DNA of 64,000 nucleotides, from IMG/VR virus record IMGVR_UViG_3300003629_000001; one strand, written 5' to 3'. Below are positions 1 to 10,184 of the stretch, piece after piece; the first letter of the stretch is position 1; every line of letters starts with the position of its first letter. Origin of the DNA: a virus. Position numbers and translations under genes: made by a program. The notes beneath the pieces are model-generated. The model made no database searches. It saw nothing but the letters and a program-made list of their open reading frames with translations, and was not told the DNA's origin.

Positions 1-657
1 GGTCATTTCTCGAATTTCCCACTGGGATTCGCCACTGGCTCTCATGTCCCCGACGTGCATGAGCATTCGAGCGTTCATCGACACGACCATGTTGACCTTC
101 GTGCCGATAGGGAGAACCATTCGGGCGTTTTCGGGCGCGACACCCATATCCACCAGATTGCCGTAAGACTTGAACGACTGTTTCAACGCGGCTTCGTACT
201 GTTCGCGTCGAGCGTCCAGTAGTTGCTCGTCACTATACGCGTCAGCGTACACGTCGTCCATGTCTGTGTTTCGTCCAGCCGGGTCGGTGGTTTCGAGTTC
301 GGGAATGAGAACGACACCTTCTCCGGGTTCGGGACTCATGTCGGAGAAGTTTACGTACCTCATGCTTTGAATATCGAACGACGCGTGTCGGTGACGGGTG
401 ATTTGAGCCATGCACGACCGGCTGATTCCCTTCACCGCGAACGTCGCTTGAACGTGTTCAAACGGCCCGAAGTGGCCGTGTTCCATGAGGTGTCCGATTA
501 GCGTTTCCATTTTCACGTCAGTATCTTCACCGTCGATAGAACTCATGGCTTCCTCGAAGGTCATGTCACCAATCCACTCTTCGAGGTAGTCGTTGCGAGC
601 GGCGAGACACAGCGTCTTTTCTGGTTCAGGGGTCGCCTTCAGCAGTTCAACTTCCAT
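1..657 (-). CDS. thyX: Flavin-dependent thymidylate synthase ThyX (partial, runs off window start)
   Basis: Not in the ORF track. Manual translation from ATG at 657 gives MEVELLKATPEPEKTLCLAARNDY...GHFGPFEH...SRSCMAQITRHRHASFDIQSMRY...ENARMVLP, containing the ThyX RHR-x7-S-x-R signature. Confidence 0.93.
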   Translation of the reverse strand, partial: MEVELLKATPEPEKTLCLAARNDYLEEWIGDMTFEEAMSSIDGEDTDVKMETLIGHLMEHGHFGPFEHVQATFAVKGISRSCMAQITRHRHASFDIQSMRYVNFSDMSPEPGEGVVLIPELETTDPAGRNTDMDDVYADAYSDEQLLDARREQYEAALKQSFKSYGNLVDMGVAPENARMVLPIGTKVNMVVSMNARMLMHVGDMRASGESQWEIREMT

Positions 658-871
658 GCGACTCACCCTTTCTTTTATAGGATTATAATTGTTTGGACTC
701 ATGATAGCCATATCAGAGCGATAATTTTATAAGCCCATGTTTATAAGTAGAAGACAGGCGGTCACAAATACCCGGCTTTGCCGGTCGTACTACGCCGCCC
801 GCGACAACTGGTTCAGTCCACCAGTCCCGTCCCCTCTCCCCTCTCCGTTGTCCACTCTGGTAGTACCAACA

Positions 872-1114
872 ATGCAAGGTAATCCCGGCGACGGCGCGAT
901 ATTCACGGACAGAAATGGCGACCAGTGGAAAGCCATAATCACCGACGAGTCAATGAGTGGTAATGCGTCACTCTGTTACTCGAAAAGCGACGACGGTGAG
1001 TTCGCCCAAGGTTCTATACACATGGCTCTCAATATCCCTAATGAGAGCAACGCCGTGAGCGAACCTTACTACGAACACCGCCCCGACGCCGACTGGCCCA
1101 ACGAGGTACTGTAA
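872..1114 (+). CDS. Small hypothetical protein (~80 aa)
   Basis: Acidic portion of the 737..1114 ORF from MQGNPGDGAIF. The upstream part looks non-coding. Stop is 1 nt before the next ATG. Confidence 0.55.
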   Translation: MQGNPGDGAIFTDRNGDQWKAIITDESMSGNASLCYSKSDDGEFAQGSIHMALNIPNESNAVSEPYYEHRPDADWPNEVL

Positions 1115-1115
1115 C

Positions 1116-1799
1116 ATGAGTGGAAAGAAATGTCCAACTTGCGACATGGAGTTTCAACGGTTGGGGCAACACTGGCGTTATTCCGACCAGTGTGAGTATC
1201 CTGAACCCGACCAGCGGCAAGACAAAATAATCAAGGGATTGGTAATGAGTGACGCTTCGGTGGAAAGAGGTGGTGAAAATCCATCAATGGAAATTCAAAC
1301 AGTAACAAAAGAATTTGCTCGGTGGATTGATTCAGAACTGGGTTCATTGAGTAGTGGTGTGAAAGAACGACCAGCGGCGTCTAACAGACCAGAGTCGAAA
1401 AATGAGATTGTGGCTGTTCGATTGTGGTCAAATCCAAATCTACGAAAGTACAGTGAATGGTATTCGTCGGGTGAAAAGAGATTTCCCGAAGATATTGACT
1501 TGTCACCTTTGACTGTGAAAGTTTGGTATTGTGGTGACGGACATTTGGGGTGGAGCGGTCATTATACTACGAAGGCTTCACCGGGCTTTGGTGTCACTAA
1601 TGAATCCGACCGATTGGAATTTCTTTCTCAAAAATTCCGCGAAGTTGGTTTCAATACCCGTACTGAAGAACGCGGAATTGTGGTAATTGACCGTGACGAG
1701 ATAGCCGATTTCTTTGATTGGTTGGGTAAGCCACTTCCCGGTTTTGAATGCAAGTGGCAATTTAATAATCCAGATAAGTACAAGGAACTACAGCAATGA
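1116..1799 (+). CDS. LAGLIDADG homing endonuclease with N-terminal Zn finger
   Basis: CPTC..H..C N-terminus and two LAGLIDADG-like helices (IIKGLVMSDAS, VWYCGDGHL). More AT-rich than flanking genes. Confidence 0.8.
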   Translation: MSGKKCPTCDMEFQRLGQHWRYSDQCEYPEPDQRQDKIIKGLVMSDASVERGGENPSMEIQTVTKEFARWIDSELGSLSSGVKERPAASNRPESKNEIVAVRLWSNPNLRKYSEWYSSGEKRFPEDIDLSPLTVKVWYCGDGHLGWSGHYTTKASPGFGVTNESDRLEFLSQKFREVGFNTRTEERGIVVIDRDEIADFFDWLGKPLPGFECKWQFNNPDKYKELQQ

Positions 1800-2518
1800 A
1801 CGACAAGAATTTACCAGAAGAAGCAAAGTCGGACAGTCCACGATTCAAAAAGAAATCGACCCGAGTTCAAGTAGCGCTTGCTCGGTATCATGGTATGGGG
1901 GATGAACCCCCTTCGACGCTTCAAGAGATTGCTGACTATCTCCGTATCGACAAAGCCACCGTATCTGATTACGTCAACAACACGGAAATGGCCGAAGAGG
2001 TAGAAGATAGGCTGGCCGAAGCACAGGCCCGGACGCGTATGCGTCTCGCCATGAAACTCATGGACTACCTTGACAACCTCGAAGAAATGGAAGCGGAAAT
2101 GCAAGAAGAGAAGCGCCCTGCTGTCGTCTCTCACGAACAGGAAGACGTGAAAGGCGAGGTGACGATGAACCGCGACGGAATGACCGTCATAGACGATAAA
2201 ACGGTCGATTTCTCCGTTCCCGTACCGGACAAGTTCAAGGAAGTTCCGAAGGTCAGCAACCTCAAAGACATTTGGCGGGAGAAGCGTCAGGTCATTCAGC
2301 AAATCGAAGACCTACTCGGCCTCGAAGCCCCCGACCAAGTGGAATCCAAGCACGAAGAGGTCAACACGGAAATCAAGATTTGGGGTGGTATGGAAGACAA
2401 CAGTTTCCCCGAGCAACGAGTTGTGGACGGGGGCGACTCTGAAGACCTTGACCGACTGGACGAACTCAAGGAAGCCGAGGAAAACGAGGAAATACCGTCT
2501 GAATTGAACGACGAATAG
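1796..2518 (+). CDS. Putative terminase small subunit (N-terminal HTH)
   Basis: HTH (TLQEIADYLRIDKATVSDYV) followed by a coiled coil, ending IEDLLGLEAPDQVE. Lies upstream of terL. Confidence 0.6.
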   Translation: MNDKNLPEEAKSDSPRFKKKSTRVQVALARYHGMGDEPPSTLQEIADYLRIDKATVSDYVNNTEMAEEVEDRLAEAQARTRMRLAMKLMDYLDNLEEMEAEMQEEKRPAVVSHEQEDVKGEVTMNRDGMTVIDDKTVDFSVPVPDKFKEVPKVSNLKDIWREKRQVIQQIEDLLGLEAPDQVESKHEEVNTEIKIWGGMEDNSFPEQRVVDGGDSEDLDRLDELKEAEENEEIPSELNDE

Positions 2519-2527
2519 GGGTACTCG

Positions 2528-3238
2528 TCAGGGGTTTTCTTCGTAAGTACGAACGTTGTCCATATAGGCTTCACCACTCCCAATACCCCCGGACTTGAAT
2601 CCGAACGCGTCTCCCGAATACTGTGTGTCATTGACGGTGATTCTATCGCCAGTATTCACTGCTTCAAGTATTAGTGTTCCATTGACGCGTCCGAACTCAA
2701 TCGTGTACCAAGTGTTGTCATTATAATCCTGAAACGTTTGTGCAATGGCATTAGCGCCCCCGCTTGATGGGTCAATTTTGTTAATCTCTAATTCGTCCTG
2801 ATTAGAGGCGATAGAGAAAGAATAACCGTTTCCGTTACTGTCTTGGAAACCGGTGACACCGATGTTCATTCCGCTTGTAGTGTATATATCTGCTCGGTAT
2901 AGAACATCTTCTTCAAAACCGCCCTTTTCCGTTGTCCAAACGAAATCCTGACTGTCTCTATGCTGGAAGGAGCCAGCCCGGTCGCCTTCAGTTACAACGT
3001 TAGTTTGTGAACCAAAGAGTCCAGTATCGCCTTGATAGAGTGATTTGTCGTCGGGGAAATTCTCGAAATTTTCGAGTCCGGGGAAGCCACCAAGACCTAT
3101 ACCGGACTCGAAAACGAACGATGATTCGTCCCCTGTATTGCTTACGGGGACTCCCGACTCGAAAACGTATTCAGTATCGCCGTGACTACCAACGAAGATG
3201 GGTTCTCCTTTCTCGAACACATAGTCTGAATCAGGCAT
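2528..3238 (-). CDS. Putative virion adhesin, lectin-like beta-sandwich protein
   Basis: N-terminal YVFE[KS]G repeats, then a beta-rich domain ending AYMDNVR (ConA/LamG-like). Overlaps the adjacent gene. Confidence 0.5.
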   Translation of the reverse strand: MPDSDYVFEKGEPIFVGSHGDTEYVFESGVPVSNTGDESSFVFESGIGLGGFPGLENFENFPDDKSLYQGDTGLFGSQTNVVTEGDRAGSFQHRDSQDFVWTTEKGGFEEDVLYRADIYTTSGMNIGVTGFQDSNGNGYSFSIASNQDELEINKIDPSSGGANAIAQTFQDYNDNTWYTIEFGRVNGTLILEAVNTGDRITVNDTQYSGDAFGFKSGGIGSGEAYMDNVRTYEENP

Positions 3239-3893
3239 CTATATCGTCCACCCATACTTCGATATTGTTATTGCTTGTCGGGTCGCCGGTGTACGGTTTT
3301 TTACCCCCCGACGAGTGCGGTCGAAGTGCTACTTGTTCGTATGGTACAGGATTGGCAAAATTGAGTGAACCTGATTGAGTAACGCCAGCGTCGTCGCGGA
3401 ACTCGTAATCAAATTCTCCGGTGTCAAAATTCAGATTGATAGTCATTGCTGTCCACCGACCTGACGAAGAAGAACTATCGACTGTTGACCAACCCCCACC
3501 GTGGTACACGACCCACTGTGGATTGTCTGAACCGAAAGCACAGATAGGAGTTCCTGATGAATCTTCCAGTCCAATGACGTGACCGTTCCCGTTATCTGTT
3601 TCAAACCAGTCCCATGTGACAGTCCGCGTACCCTCGGAAACAGAGCCGCCTAATGGCCTCGTTGCTTGCGGATTGTCAACACCATTGAGATTGGTACTGG
3701 AATTGTACGTTGCTAAACCAGACCACGAACCGTTATTTGAGCGACTGTTATCAGCCACGAAATTGTTTACATTCCATTCTGAAACATCGCCATCCTCGAA
3801 GCCGTCGAAGAAACCCGTTGTAACAAGTCGCCCAGCGTTAACTCCGCGTCCCTCAATCAGAAACCCTCGTCCGTCAGTATCTATTCCCGTCAT
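3231..3893 (-). CDS. Putative lectin-like (ConA/LamG-fold) virion protein
   Basis: FFDGFEDGDVSEW start and VWVDDI end, typical of haloviral adhesin domains. Start overlaps the stop of the upstream fibre gene. Confidence 0.5.
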   Translation of the reverse strand: MTGIDTDGRGFLIEGRGVNAGRLVTTGFFDGFEDGDVSEWNVNNFVADNSRSNNGSWSGLATYNSSTNLNGVDNPQATRPLGGSVSEGTRTVTWDWFETDNGNGHVIGLEDSSGTPICAFGSDNPQWVVYHGGGWSTVDSSSSSGRWTAMTINLNFDTGEFDYEFRDDAGVTQSGSLNFANPVPYEQVALRPHSSGGKKPYTGDPTSNNNIEVWVDDIDA

Positions 3894-5860
3894 TATTCCA
3901 CCACATACGCGAATAGGCCACCAATCCCGTCAGTTGTGTAACCGTTTCCAGTGTTGTTATTGATACGGAGTTTGAAAATAGATAGACTCCCGCTGGCATT
4001 CCCGTGCTGAACTACTGGCCCGGTTGTGCTTTCTGTGTTCACTGTATTTTCACTTGCCTGTATGTTGTCTGAATCACCGAGTAATTGTACTTCGAGTCCA
4101 GCCGGAGCAGTACCGTCGCTTATTTTGTAGGCCCCCCAGCGGTACACTTTCAGTGTTTCCGTGTTTGGTACGGGGACAGAAATTTCTATACTTTCGGTGT
4201 CTTCCAACAGAGCAGTGGGGATATTCCCGTTGGGACTGTCAACAAGGCTTTGGACACGGGATTTCGAGATTGACACGTCCAGAGTATATACCCGATAATC
4301 GAGTTCTACGTCGTTCCCACTTCCGGGGTCTGTATCCCATGAAGCGTCAATTGTTACGTCTTTTTCCCCGCTGGCATTGTCCCACGCTTCGCCCCAGTCG
4401 TAATCCCATGCGTAATTAGCGTCAAAACTCGGGTCAGCGTTGACACCTACTTCTACGTAGAGATTTTCTGTTTGGTCAGTTGTCACCCCAGCAATGGTTT
4501 CTGAAGTAGAAGAGCCGCCAGTGTGATTGAATACACCGGTGTCAAGTACAGTAACACCGGATGAATCGGAATCGACCCTGACTGTCCCGTCACCGTTGTC
4601 AGTAACAGCAAGTTCGTTCCCAAAGTCAATGCCGCCGGATGAACTCAATATCGTTGTACCGCTGTCTTCGATAGAGATTCCCGAGGAGTCTACGGCACTT
4701 CCGCCAGCAGTGAACCAATTAGTTCCGTTGGAAACGTAAATTACAGCCCCGTAGTCGCTGGAAAGTGATTTTGAGGAAACGCCGTCGATAGTTTCGCTTC
4801 CTTCAGTTTCAATCGTCACATTGTTCGTTTCAGCCGCTCCGGCTACGTCAACGACAGTCACATAATTTCCATTTTCCACGTCAGCCGAAGCGAGAGTGAG
4901 TGTGAATGCCCCACTGCTGGTATCCACCAAGGCTACTTCTTCTCCGCTTGTTGTATGATTGGAAGTGAGAGGGCCGACTGTCACGCGGTTGTCGTCAATC
5001 TGTGGACGAGGGATGTGTCCTTCGGACGTGTCCCAAATGGTCGCTCCGACAGCAGAGTCGGTCAAGTCGTTACCCGCCGCGTCCATGTCTGAAATCGTAG
5101 GAAGAGCGTAGGGGTTATTGAGTTCTGTCGTGGTAATTCCACCGGACGGGATAGCAATATCCGCGCTTCCACCGAGTCCAATGGAAGCATTGGTCGTTGT
5201 CAGACCGCTTCCCGTATTGACAGTAATTGCAGAATTTGCTAAATCAGAATTTGCGAACGGGTATGCGTTGACGCTCGCAATATTCGTCGGAGCGTAGGGC
5301 GCGTTCAGGTCGCCAATTTCCAGTGGATATGCTGAAATTTGAGCGGCGTATTGTAGTGCGTCAAGGGCGGCGTCTACGGTGTTGATTCCGTAGATTCCTG
5401 AACTGTCGTCGTAGTTTATCTCTTCTGCTTCGTTCGAGAATTGCGCTCGCCAATTCAGTATATCAGCGTCGGGAACGTCGGTAGCACCAGCAGGGACATA
5501 GATAACAGCAAGGAGTAGTTCGTCACCCTGAACGTCCGGGGGTTCGGGCGAGGTTCCAGCAGTGCCTTCACGGACGCCAGCGGACGATGTGGCGGTATCG
5601 AAGTACACCGTATCCCACCGGTCGTCTGAATCGCCTGAAGAGAGTGTGAACGTACTCGCGGAACCGAGTGTGTATTCCTGTCCGATGTAAAACGCGGTTC
5701 CTGTATCGACTTGGATTTCGAGCGCGTTGGCTGTGGCCGTGACAGCCAAGTGACTCGGTTCTTGTATCCCGTTTCCGGCCAGCGATTCAGCGACAGCCCG
5801 CCACTGAACCTGAAAGAGCGGATTGCCTTGGGGCCATTCGATTTGTGCGGCGTTGGGCAT
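3893..5860 (-). CDS. Tail fibre / receptor-binding protein
   Basis: N-terminal fibre-base domain (IQVDTGTA..RWDTV..LLLAVIYVPAGAT), an internal T4 gp9/gp10-like segment (VDTSSGAFTLTL..IDG..VSNGTNW), and S/T/G/D-rich composition. Confidence 0.65.
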   Translation of the reverse strand: MPNAAQIEWPQGNPLFQVQWRAVAESLAGNGIQEPSHLAVTATANALEIQVDTGTAFYIGQEYTLGSASTFTLSSGDSDDRWDTVYFDTATSSAGVREGTAGTSPEPPDVQGDELLLAVIYVPAGATDVPDADILNWRAQFSNEAEEINYDDSSGIYGINTVDAALDALQYAAQISAYPLEIGDLNAPYAPTNIASVNAYPFANSDLANSAITVNTGSGLTTTNASIGLGGSADIAIPSGGITTTELNNPYALPTISDMDAAGNDLTDSAVGATIWDTSEGHIPRPQIDDNRVTVGPLTSNHTTSGEEVALVDTSSGAFTLTLASADVENGNYVTVVDVAGAAETNNVTIETEGSETIDGVSSKSLSSDYGAVIYVSNGTNWFTAGGSAVDSSGISIEDSGTTILSSSGGIDFGNELAVTDNGDGTVRVDSDSSGVTVLDTGVFNHTGGSSTSETIAGVTTDQTENLYVEVGVNADPSFDANYAWDYDWGEAWDNASGEKDVTIDASWDTDPGSGNDVELDYRVYTLDVSISKSRVQSLVDSPNGNIPTALLEDTESIEISVPVPNTETLKVYRWGAYKISDGTAPAGLEVQLLGDSDNIQASENTVNTESTTGPVVQHGNASGSLSIFKLRINNNTGNGYTTDGIGGLFAYVVE

Positions 5861-5999
5861 TCTTGTATCACAGTATGCCTATCAGCGGCATAAATCCGAG
5901 GGAAACATAAAGGCTCAAGAACGCCGTAACTTCTAATACCCCTACTGAACACAAGGACTAAACCACTGTCTGTCAAACCTTTATACGACTTACCGGCCC

Positions 6000-7457
6000 A
6001 TGAGCGCTCAAAACGATTTGCCGCAACGCGAGTTTGAACCCTTGCCGAAGCAGAAACAGTTCCTTCATTCGACGGCTGGTCAGGTTCTTCTGTCGGGTTC
6101 GTTCGGGGCCGGAAAGAGCCGTATCGGATGTGAGAAGGGCTATATGATGAACATGATGTATCCCGGCAACCGGGGGTTGATTGTTCGGAAGCACTTCTCC
6201 GACGTGCGTGCGTCTACGATACAACAGACGCTACTCGAAGAGGTAATCCCTGAATCGCACATTCCCGAAGACGGCCATAATAAGGGGAATCACGAAATTA
6301 AACACCGCACTGGCGTCACGGACGACGACGGTGAACCCATTCTCTCGCAAATTCACTATCACGGCCTTGACTCCGGTAAGAGTACGTCTGACGACGACCT
6401 TCCCCGGAAGATTGGGTCGCACGCATACGGGTGGATTTTCGTGGACGAGGGAACGGAACTCTCACGCGGGGAGTGGTCACAACTTCAGGGCCGACTCCGT
6501 TACAAGGGGAAGCGACAACTCGGAAAGTTCTACGAGGTTCCCTTCCGTCAGATTTTCACCGCGACGAACCCGGCCAGTCCCCAGCACTGGATGTATCAAA
6601 TGTTCTTCGAGGAAGGAAAGGGCGAGGTTGTCAAGATGAACGTCGAAGACAACCCCCACGTTCCCGAGGAATACATCGAACGAATGCGGCGGAATCTCTC
6701 GGGGATGTACTACGAGCGGTATTTCAAGGGTAAATGGATTGGGGCGGAAGGTGCAATTTACAGCGAATACGACCCCAATACCCATATTCTACAGCCCGAC
6801 CAGATTCCGCGTGGCTGGGTCATTGAGCAACGGCGTACCTTTGACGAGGAAGAGTCGATTTGGTACTCTCCGCCACCGGACTGGCAAGTGTACCGGACTA
6901 TCGACCTTGGGTATCGGAACCCGTTCGTCTGTCAGTGGTGGGCGCGGTCGCCGGACGACCAACTGTATATGTTCCGTGAACTGTACGAGACGGAACTGTT
7001 GGTCGAAGACGCCGCTGACCGCATTATCGAACAGACAGACGACGAATGGCATTTAGAGAATACGTACACTGACCACGACGCCGAGGGCGTTGAAACGCTC
7101 AAGAAGGCTGGCGTGTACGCCGCGAACGCGAAGAAGGACGTATCCCCCGGTATTCAGGCGGTCAAGGGCCGCCTTCGGACAGACGACCGTGGTGAGCCGG
7201 GAATGTACTTCATGGCGAATGCTCGGACGCACGCTCCCGACGCTCGCCTGAAACTGGACGACAAGCCGACTCGCACGACTGACGAACTCCCCGGTTACGT
7301 GTGGAAGGACGACGACCAGAAAGACGAACCGAAGAAAAAGAACGACCACGGCGCTGACGCCATGCGCTACCTTGTCTTTAGTGTGGACGAAGGCAACACT
7401 ATGAGCAAGGAAGAAATGGAGCAGTGGGGGGAGATAATGAATGACGGAACTTTCTGA
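6000..7457 (+). CDS. terL: Terminase large subunit
   Basis: Walker A GSFGAGKS, Walker B IFVDEG, coupling motif ATNP, RNase H-like nuclease motifs IDLG and NDHGADAMRY. Confidence 0.95.
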   Translation: MSAQNDLPQREFEPLPKQKQFLHSTAGQVLLSGSFGAGKSRIGCEKGYMMNMMYPGNRGLIVRKHFSDVRASTIQQTLLEEVIPESHIPEDGHNKGNHEIKHRTGVTDDDGEPILSQIHYHGLDSGKSTSDDDLPRKIGSHAYGWIFVDEGTELSRGEWSQLQGRLRYKGKRQLGKFYEVPFRQIFTATNPASPQHWMYQMFFEEGKGEVVKMNVEDNPHVPEEYIERMRRNLSGMYYERYFKGKWIGAEGAIYSEYDPNTHILQPDQIPRGWVIEQRRTFDEEESIWYSPPPDWQVYRTIDLGYRNPFVCQWWARSPDDQLYMFRELYETELLVEDAADRIIEQTDDEWHLENTYTDHDAEGVETLKKAGVYAANAKKDVSPGIQAVKGRLRTDDRGEPGMYFMANARTHAPDARLKLDDKPTRTTDELPGYVWKDDDQKDEPKKKNDHGADAMRYLVFSVDEGNTMSKEEMEQWGEIMNDGTF

Positions 7458-7459
7458 CC

Positions 7460-8023
7460 ATGAATAGCAAAGAATGTCCAGTTTGCGGTGAAGAGTTCGA
7501 GTTTTATCCGTCAAGAGAGACAAAAACCTGTTCTCCCGAGTGTGGCTATCAGACGTTCCCTGAAGGAGAAGACCACGGGTCATATGACCCTGACGCTCAC
7601 GTAGAATGTGAACAGTGTGGTGATACATTCGAGAAGAAATACTACGACAAAGAGACTCAAGGACGGTTTTGTTCAACCGAGTGTTGGTCAGAATGGTGTG
7701 ACGACCACCCCGAACGTCGTGATTTTGAGGGATATGGGGCTGGCTTTAAGAATCTTCGGCGTAAGATTCGTAATAGGGATACTGTGTGTCAGATTTGCGG
7801 TCACGACGGGACGGAACACCGACTCGAATGCCACCACATTCGGAAAGTGGCTACGTTCGAGAACCCGAGTGACGCGCACACGATGGACAACGCGGTTTTG
7901 CTCTGTGCTTCGTGTCATAGACACGCTGACGCCGGACGTGTTGAAGAACTCTTGAGTCGGGCTGATTCTAAAGCCGTGACTCAATTCGTACCGAATCAGC
8001 CGTCAATAGAGGAAAGTAACTAA
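7460..8023 (+). CDS. HNH homing endonuclease with Zn-ribbon repeats
   Basis: CPVC..CSPEC and CEQC..CSTEC repeats, then RD..CQIC..HHI..N..LCASCH. Confidence 0.9.
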   Translation: MNSKECPVCGEEFEFYPSRETKTCSPECGYQTFPEGEDHGSYDPDAHVECEQCGDTFEKKYYDKETQGRFCSTECWSEWCDDHPERRDFEGYGAGFKNLRRKIRNRDTVCQICGHDGTEHRLECHHIRKVATFENPSDAHTMDNAVLLCASCHRHADAGRVEELLSRADSKAVTQFVPNQPSIEESN

Positions 8024-8024
8024 A

Positions 8025-10184
8025 ATGTCACGGATTACCAACAACCGAATCACCAAGGCGCTCAAGCAAGGGTTCGAGAATCGTGTCGCAAGCGTAATGC
8101 AAAAGTTCGGCTACCCCAGTGGGGGTGCTGGTATGGGTGGCCGAGGGCAAGAGGCTGAACCGCCTTACGCCCGTCAGGTTCCGCCACAGGCAATCTACCA
8201 AATGCGGCGGAAGCAATCGCTTGTGAATAACGCTATTGAAGAGAAGGTGAATCAGACCTTCCGGCGTGGATTCACGGAGTGGGAGAAGGAGTACATAGCC
8301 GAGTGTCAGGACTGTGGCGAGACGTTCGAGACGATAGAGCCGTTCACCGGTATGCTCGGTGACGACGGTGACGAAATCGAAGAAGAAGACTTGGATTTCT
8401 CGAAGATTCGTCCCTGTCCCGACTGTGGGGAAATGGCCGCGTTCAGCACCCCCGACGAGGAAGAGAAAGAAGAGGCACAGAAATACTTCGACGCCGCGAA
8501 TATGCGGGGTCGAACTGACTCGTTCCTCGAAGGCGACGAACAGAACTCGGTCGGTCAGACCTTCCTCGAAGTGTGTAAGGAAGTGGCGTGGGACATTGAG
8601 TCGTTTGACGACGGCTGGATGTTATTCCAGCGCGAATACTGGACTGACCACAACGGTAATATCGTAGATTGGGAACTCAAGGGCGTCCACCGGGGCGAAC
8701 CCGAACTCATGCGATACATCGTTGACGAAGACGGGAATATCGGTGGACACACCGAGGGCCGAGGTGGCGACCGTGGTGTCGCTCGCTGGGTCTGTGTCGA
8801 ATGTCGGGCTACGAAGGAACACTACACACCGGACAAGGCTGGTGACGAGTGCCAGCACTGTGGCGCGAAGACCTACCGAGCGTTCGCTGAACGTCTCGAA
8901 GAGGTGAACGGTGACGCCGTAGAGTGGTATATCCGGGGCGAGTTCGCTCACGCCAGCGAGTACGAACCCTCGAAGTTCTACGGAATGTCCCCCATCATTA
9001 CGCTGTGGGAAGAGGCCCGCACTATCGAAATGATGGACAAGTGGTACAAAGAGGCGTACCAGCAACGCCGCGCCCCGCGTGGGGCTATGGTGGTTCGGTC
9101 GTCCAACGCCGAGTCCGTTCGGAGTTGGAACCAACAGCAAATGCAAGAACTGAAGAATGACCCCCAGCACATTCCGACGTTCATTGACGACACCGAGGGG
9201 AAGGGCCAACCGCTGACGTGGCAACCGCTTCTCGAAGAACCCGCGCAAATGCAACATATGCAAATGCGTGAGTGGTTCCTTGACCGTATCTCCGCGAAGT
9301 TCGGAGTGACGGCTATCTTCCAGAAGGCCAGCCCCGAGAACTCCGGGCTGTCGCAATCTATGGAAATCATCGTCAGCAACCGCTCGGCCATGCGGCTGAA
9401 GCAACTGTACGACGACACCTTCCTTCCCGCGTTCCTGTCTCAAATACAGGTAGAGGGCTGGGAGAAGGAAGTTAACGAAATCGAAGAGGAAGACGAAGTG
9501 GCCGAAGCAGAGCGTATCGGGAAGGAACTCAAGAACGCCCAACTCGCACAGAAAATCGGTGCGGACGTGGAATGGACTCGCCGCGACACGTTGGACGTGA
9601 AACCCGGTCAACTGGAACCGCCTGAAGGGGCCGAGGGCGAGGAAGGTATGGGTGGCATGGAAGATATGATGGGCGGTGGTGACGACGGCGGTGGGCCTAC
9701 GAACCTACTCGCCGGTGGTGGGAGTGGCCCTGAAGGCGGCGCTCCGCCCAAAGCCGACCCGCAAGGTGGCGCTCCCGATACACCGAACGGGCCGAGTCAA
9801 GACAATCCAATTCAAATGCAAGACGGTGGTGGTGACGGTGGCGGTGGTAACAGCGTGACCACTAGCGATAGTGGTTTCTCGAACGGGTCGTACAGTGGCC
9901 GTTCGGGTGGCACTATCAATATCTTCGAGCATATCGAAGAGCAAATGGACGCCCAGTCGGGGGCGACCAGCCGTGACGACCTTGCTGAACAGGCCAAGAA
10001 GGCGTACAATTACAACTTCTCGAACCTCGGTGTGGACGCCAGTACGGTTCAGAAATTCGCACAGGACAGCGAGAAGACCTTCAGCGACCTTCAGGAAGAA
10101 CACTACGGCTACTGGATGAAAGAGAAGCGGGCGAAGGATACAACCGAGTATCTTTATGAGTTGATGGTTAAAGCAAAACAATGA
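8025..10184 (+). CDS. Portal protein with Zn-ribbon insertions and Gly/Pro-rich tail
   Basis: Follows terL. Portal motifs YGMSPI, PRGAM, ISAKFGV. Confidence 0.85.
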   Translation: MSRITNNRITKALKQGFENRVASVMQKFGYPSGGAGMGGRGQEAEPPYARQVPPQAIYQMRRKQSLVNNAIEEKVNQTFRRGFTEWEKEYIAECQDCGETFETIEPFTGMLGDDGDEIEEEDLDFSKIRPCPDCGEMAAFSTPDEEEKEEAQKYFDAANMRGRTDSFLEGDEQNSVGQTFLEVCKEVAWDIESFDDGWMLFQREYWTDHNGNIVDWELKGVHRGEPELMRYIVDEDGNIGGHTEGRGGDRGVARWVCVECRATKEHYTPDKAGDECQHCGAKTYRAFAERLEEVNGDAVEWYIRGEFAHASEYEPSKFYGMSPIITLWEEARTIEMMDKWYKEAYQQRRAPRGAMVVRSSNAESVRSWNQQQMQELKNDPQHIPTFIDDTEGKGQPLTWQPLLEEPAQMQHMQMREWFLDRISAKFGVTAIFQKASPENSGLSQSMEIIVSNRSAMRLKQLYDDTFLPAFLSQIQVEGWEKEVNEIEEEDEVAEAERIGKELKNAQLAQKIGADVEWTRRDTLDVKPGQLEPPEGAEGEEGMGGMEDMMGGGDDGGGPTNLLAGGGSGPEGGAPPKADPQGGAPDTPNGPSQDNPIQMQDGGGDGGGGNSVTTSDSGFSNGSYSGRSGGTINIFEHIEEQMDAQSGATSRDDLAEQAKKAYNYNFSNLGVDASTVQKFAQDSEKTFSDLQEEHYGYWMKEKRAKDTTEYLYELMVKAKQ

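Noticed and set aside
170-501. Plus-strand ORFs 170..370 and 223..501
   Set aside because: Antisense to thyX.
770-850. tRNA suggested by GGTTCAGTCC
   Set aside because: I could not build an acceptor stem, D-arm or anticodon arm.
6000-10184. Inteins in terL or portal (also radA and the large ORFs)
   Set aside because: No intein boundary motifs or embedded endonuclease recognised, and terL and RadA are of normal length.
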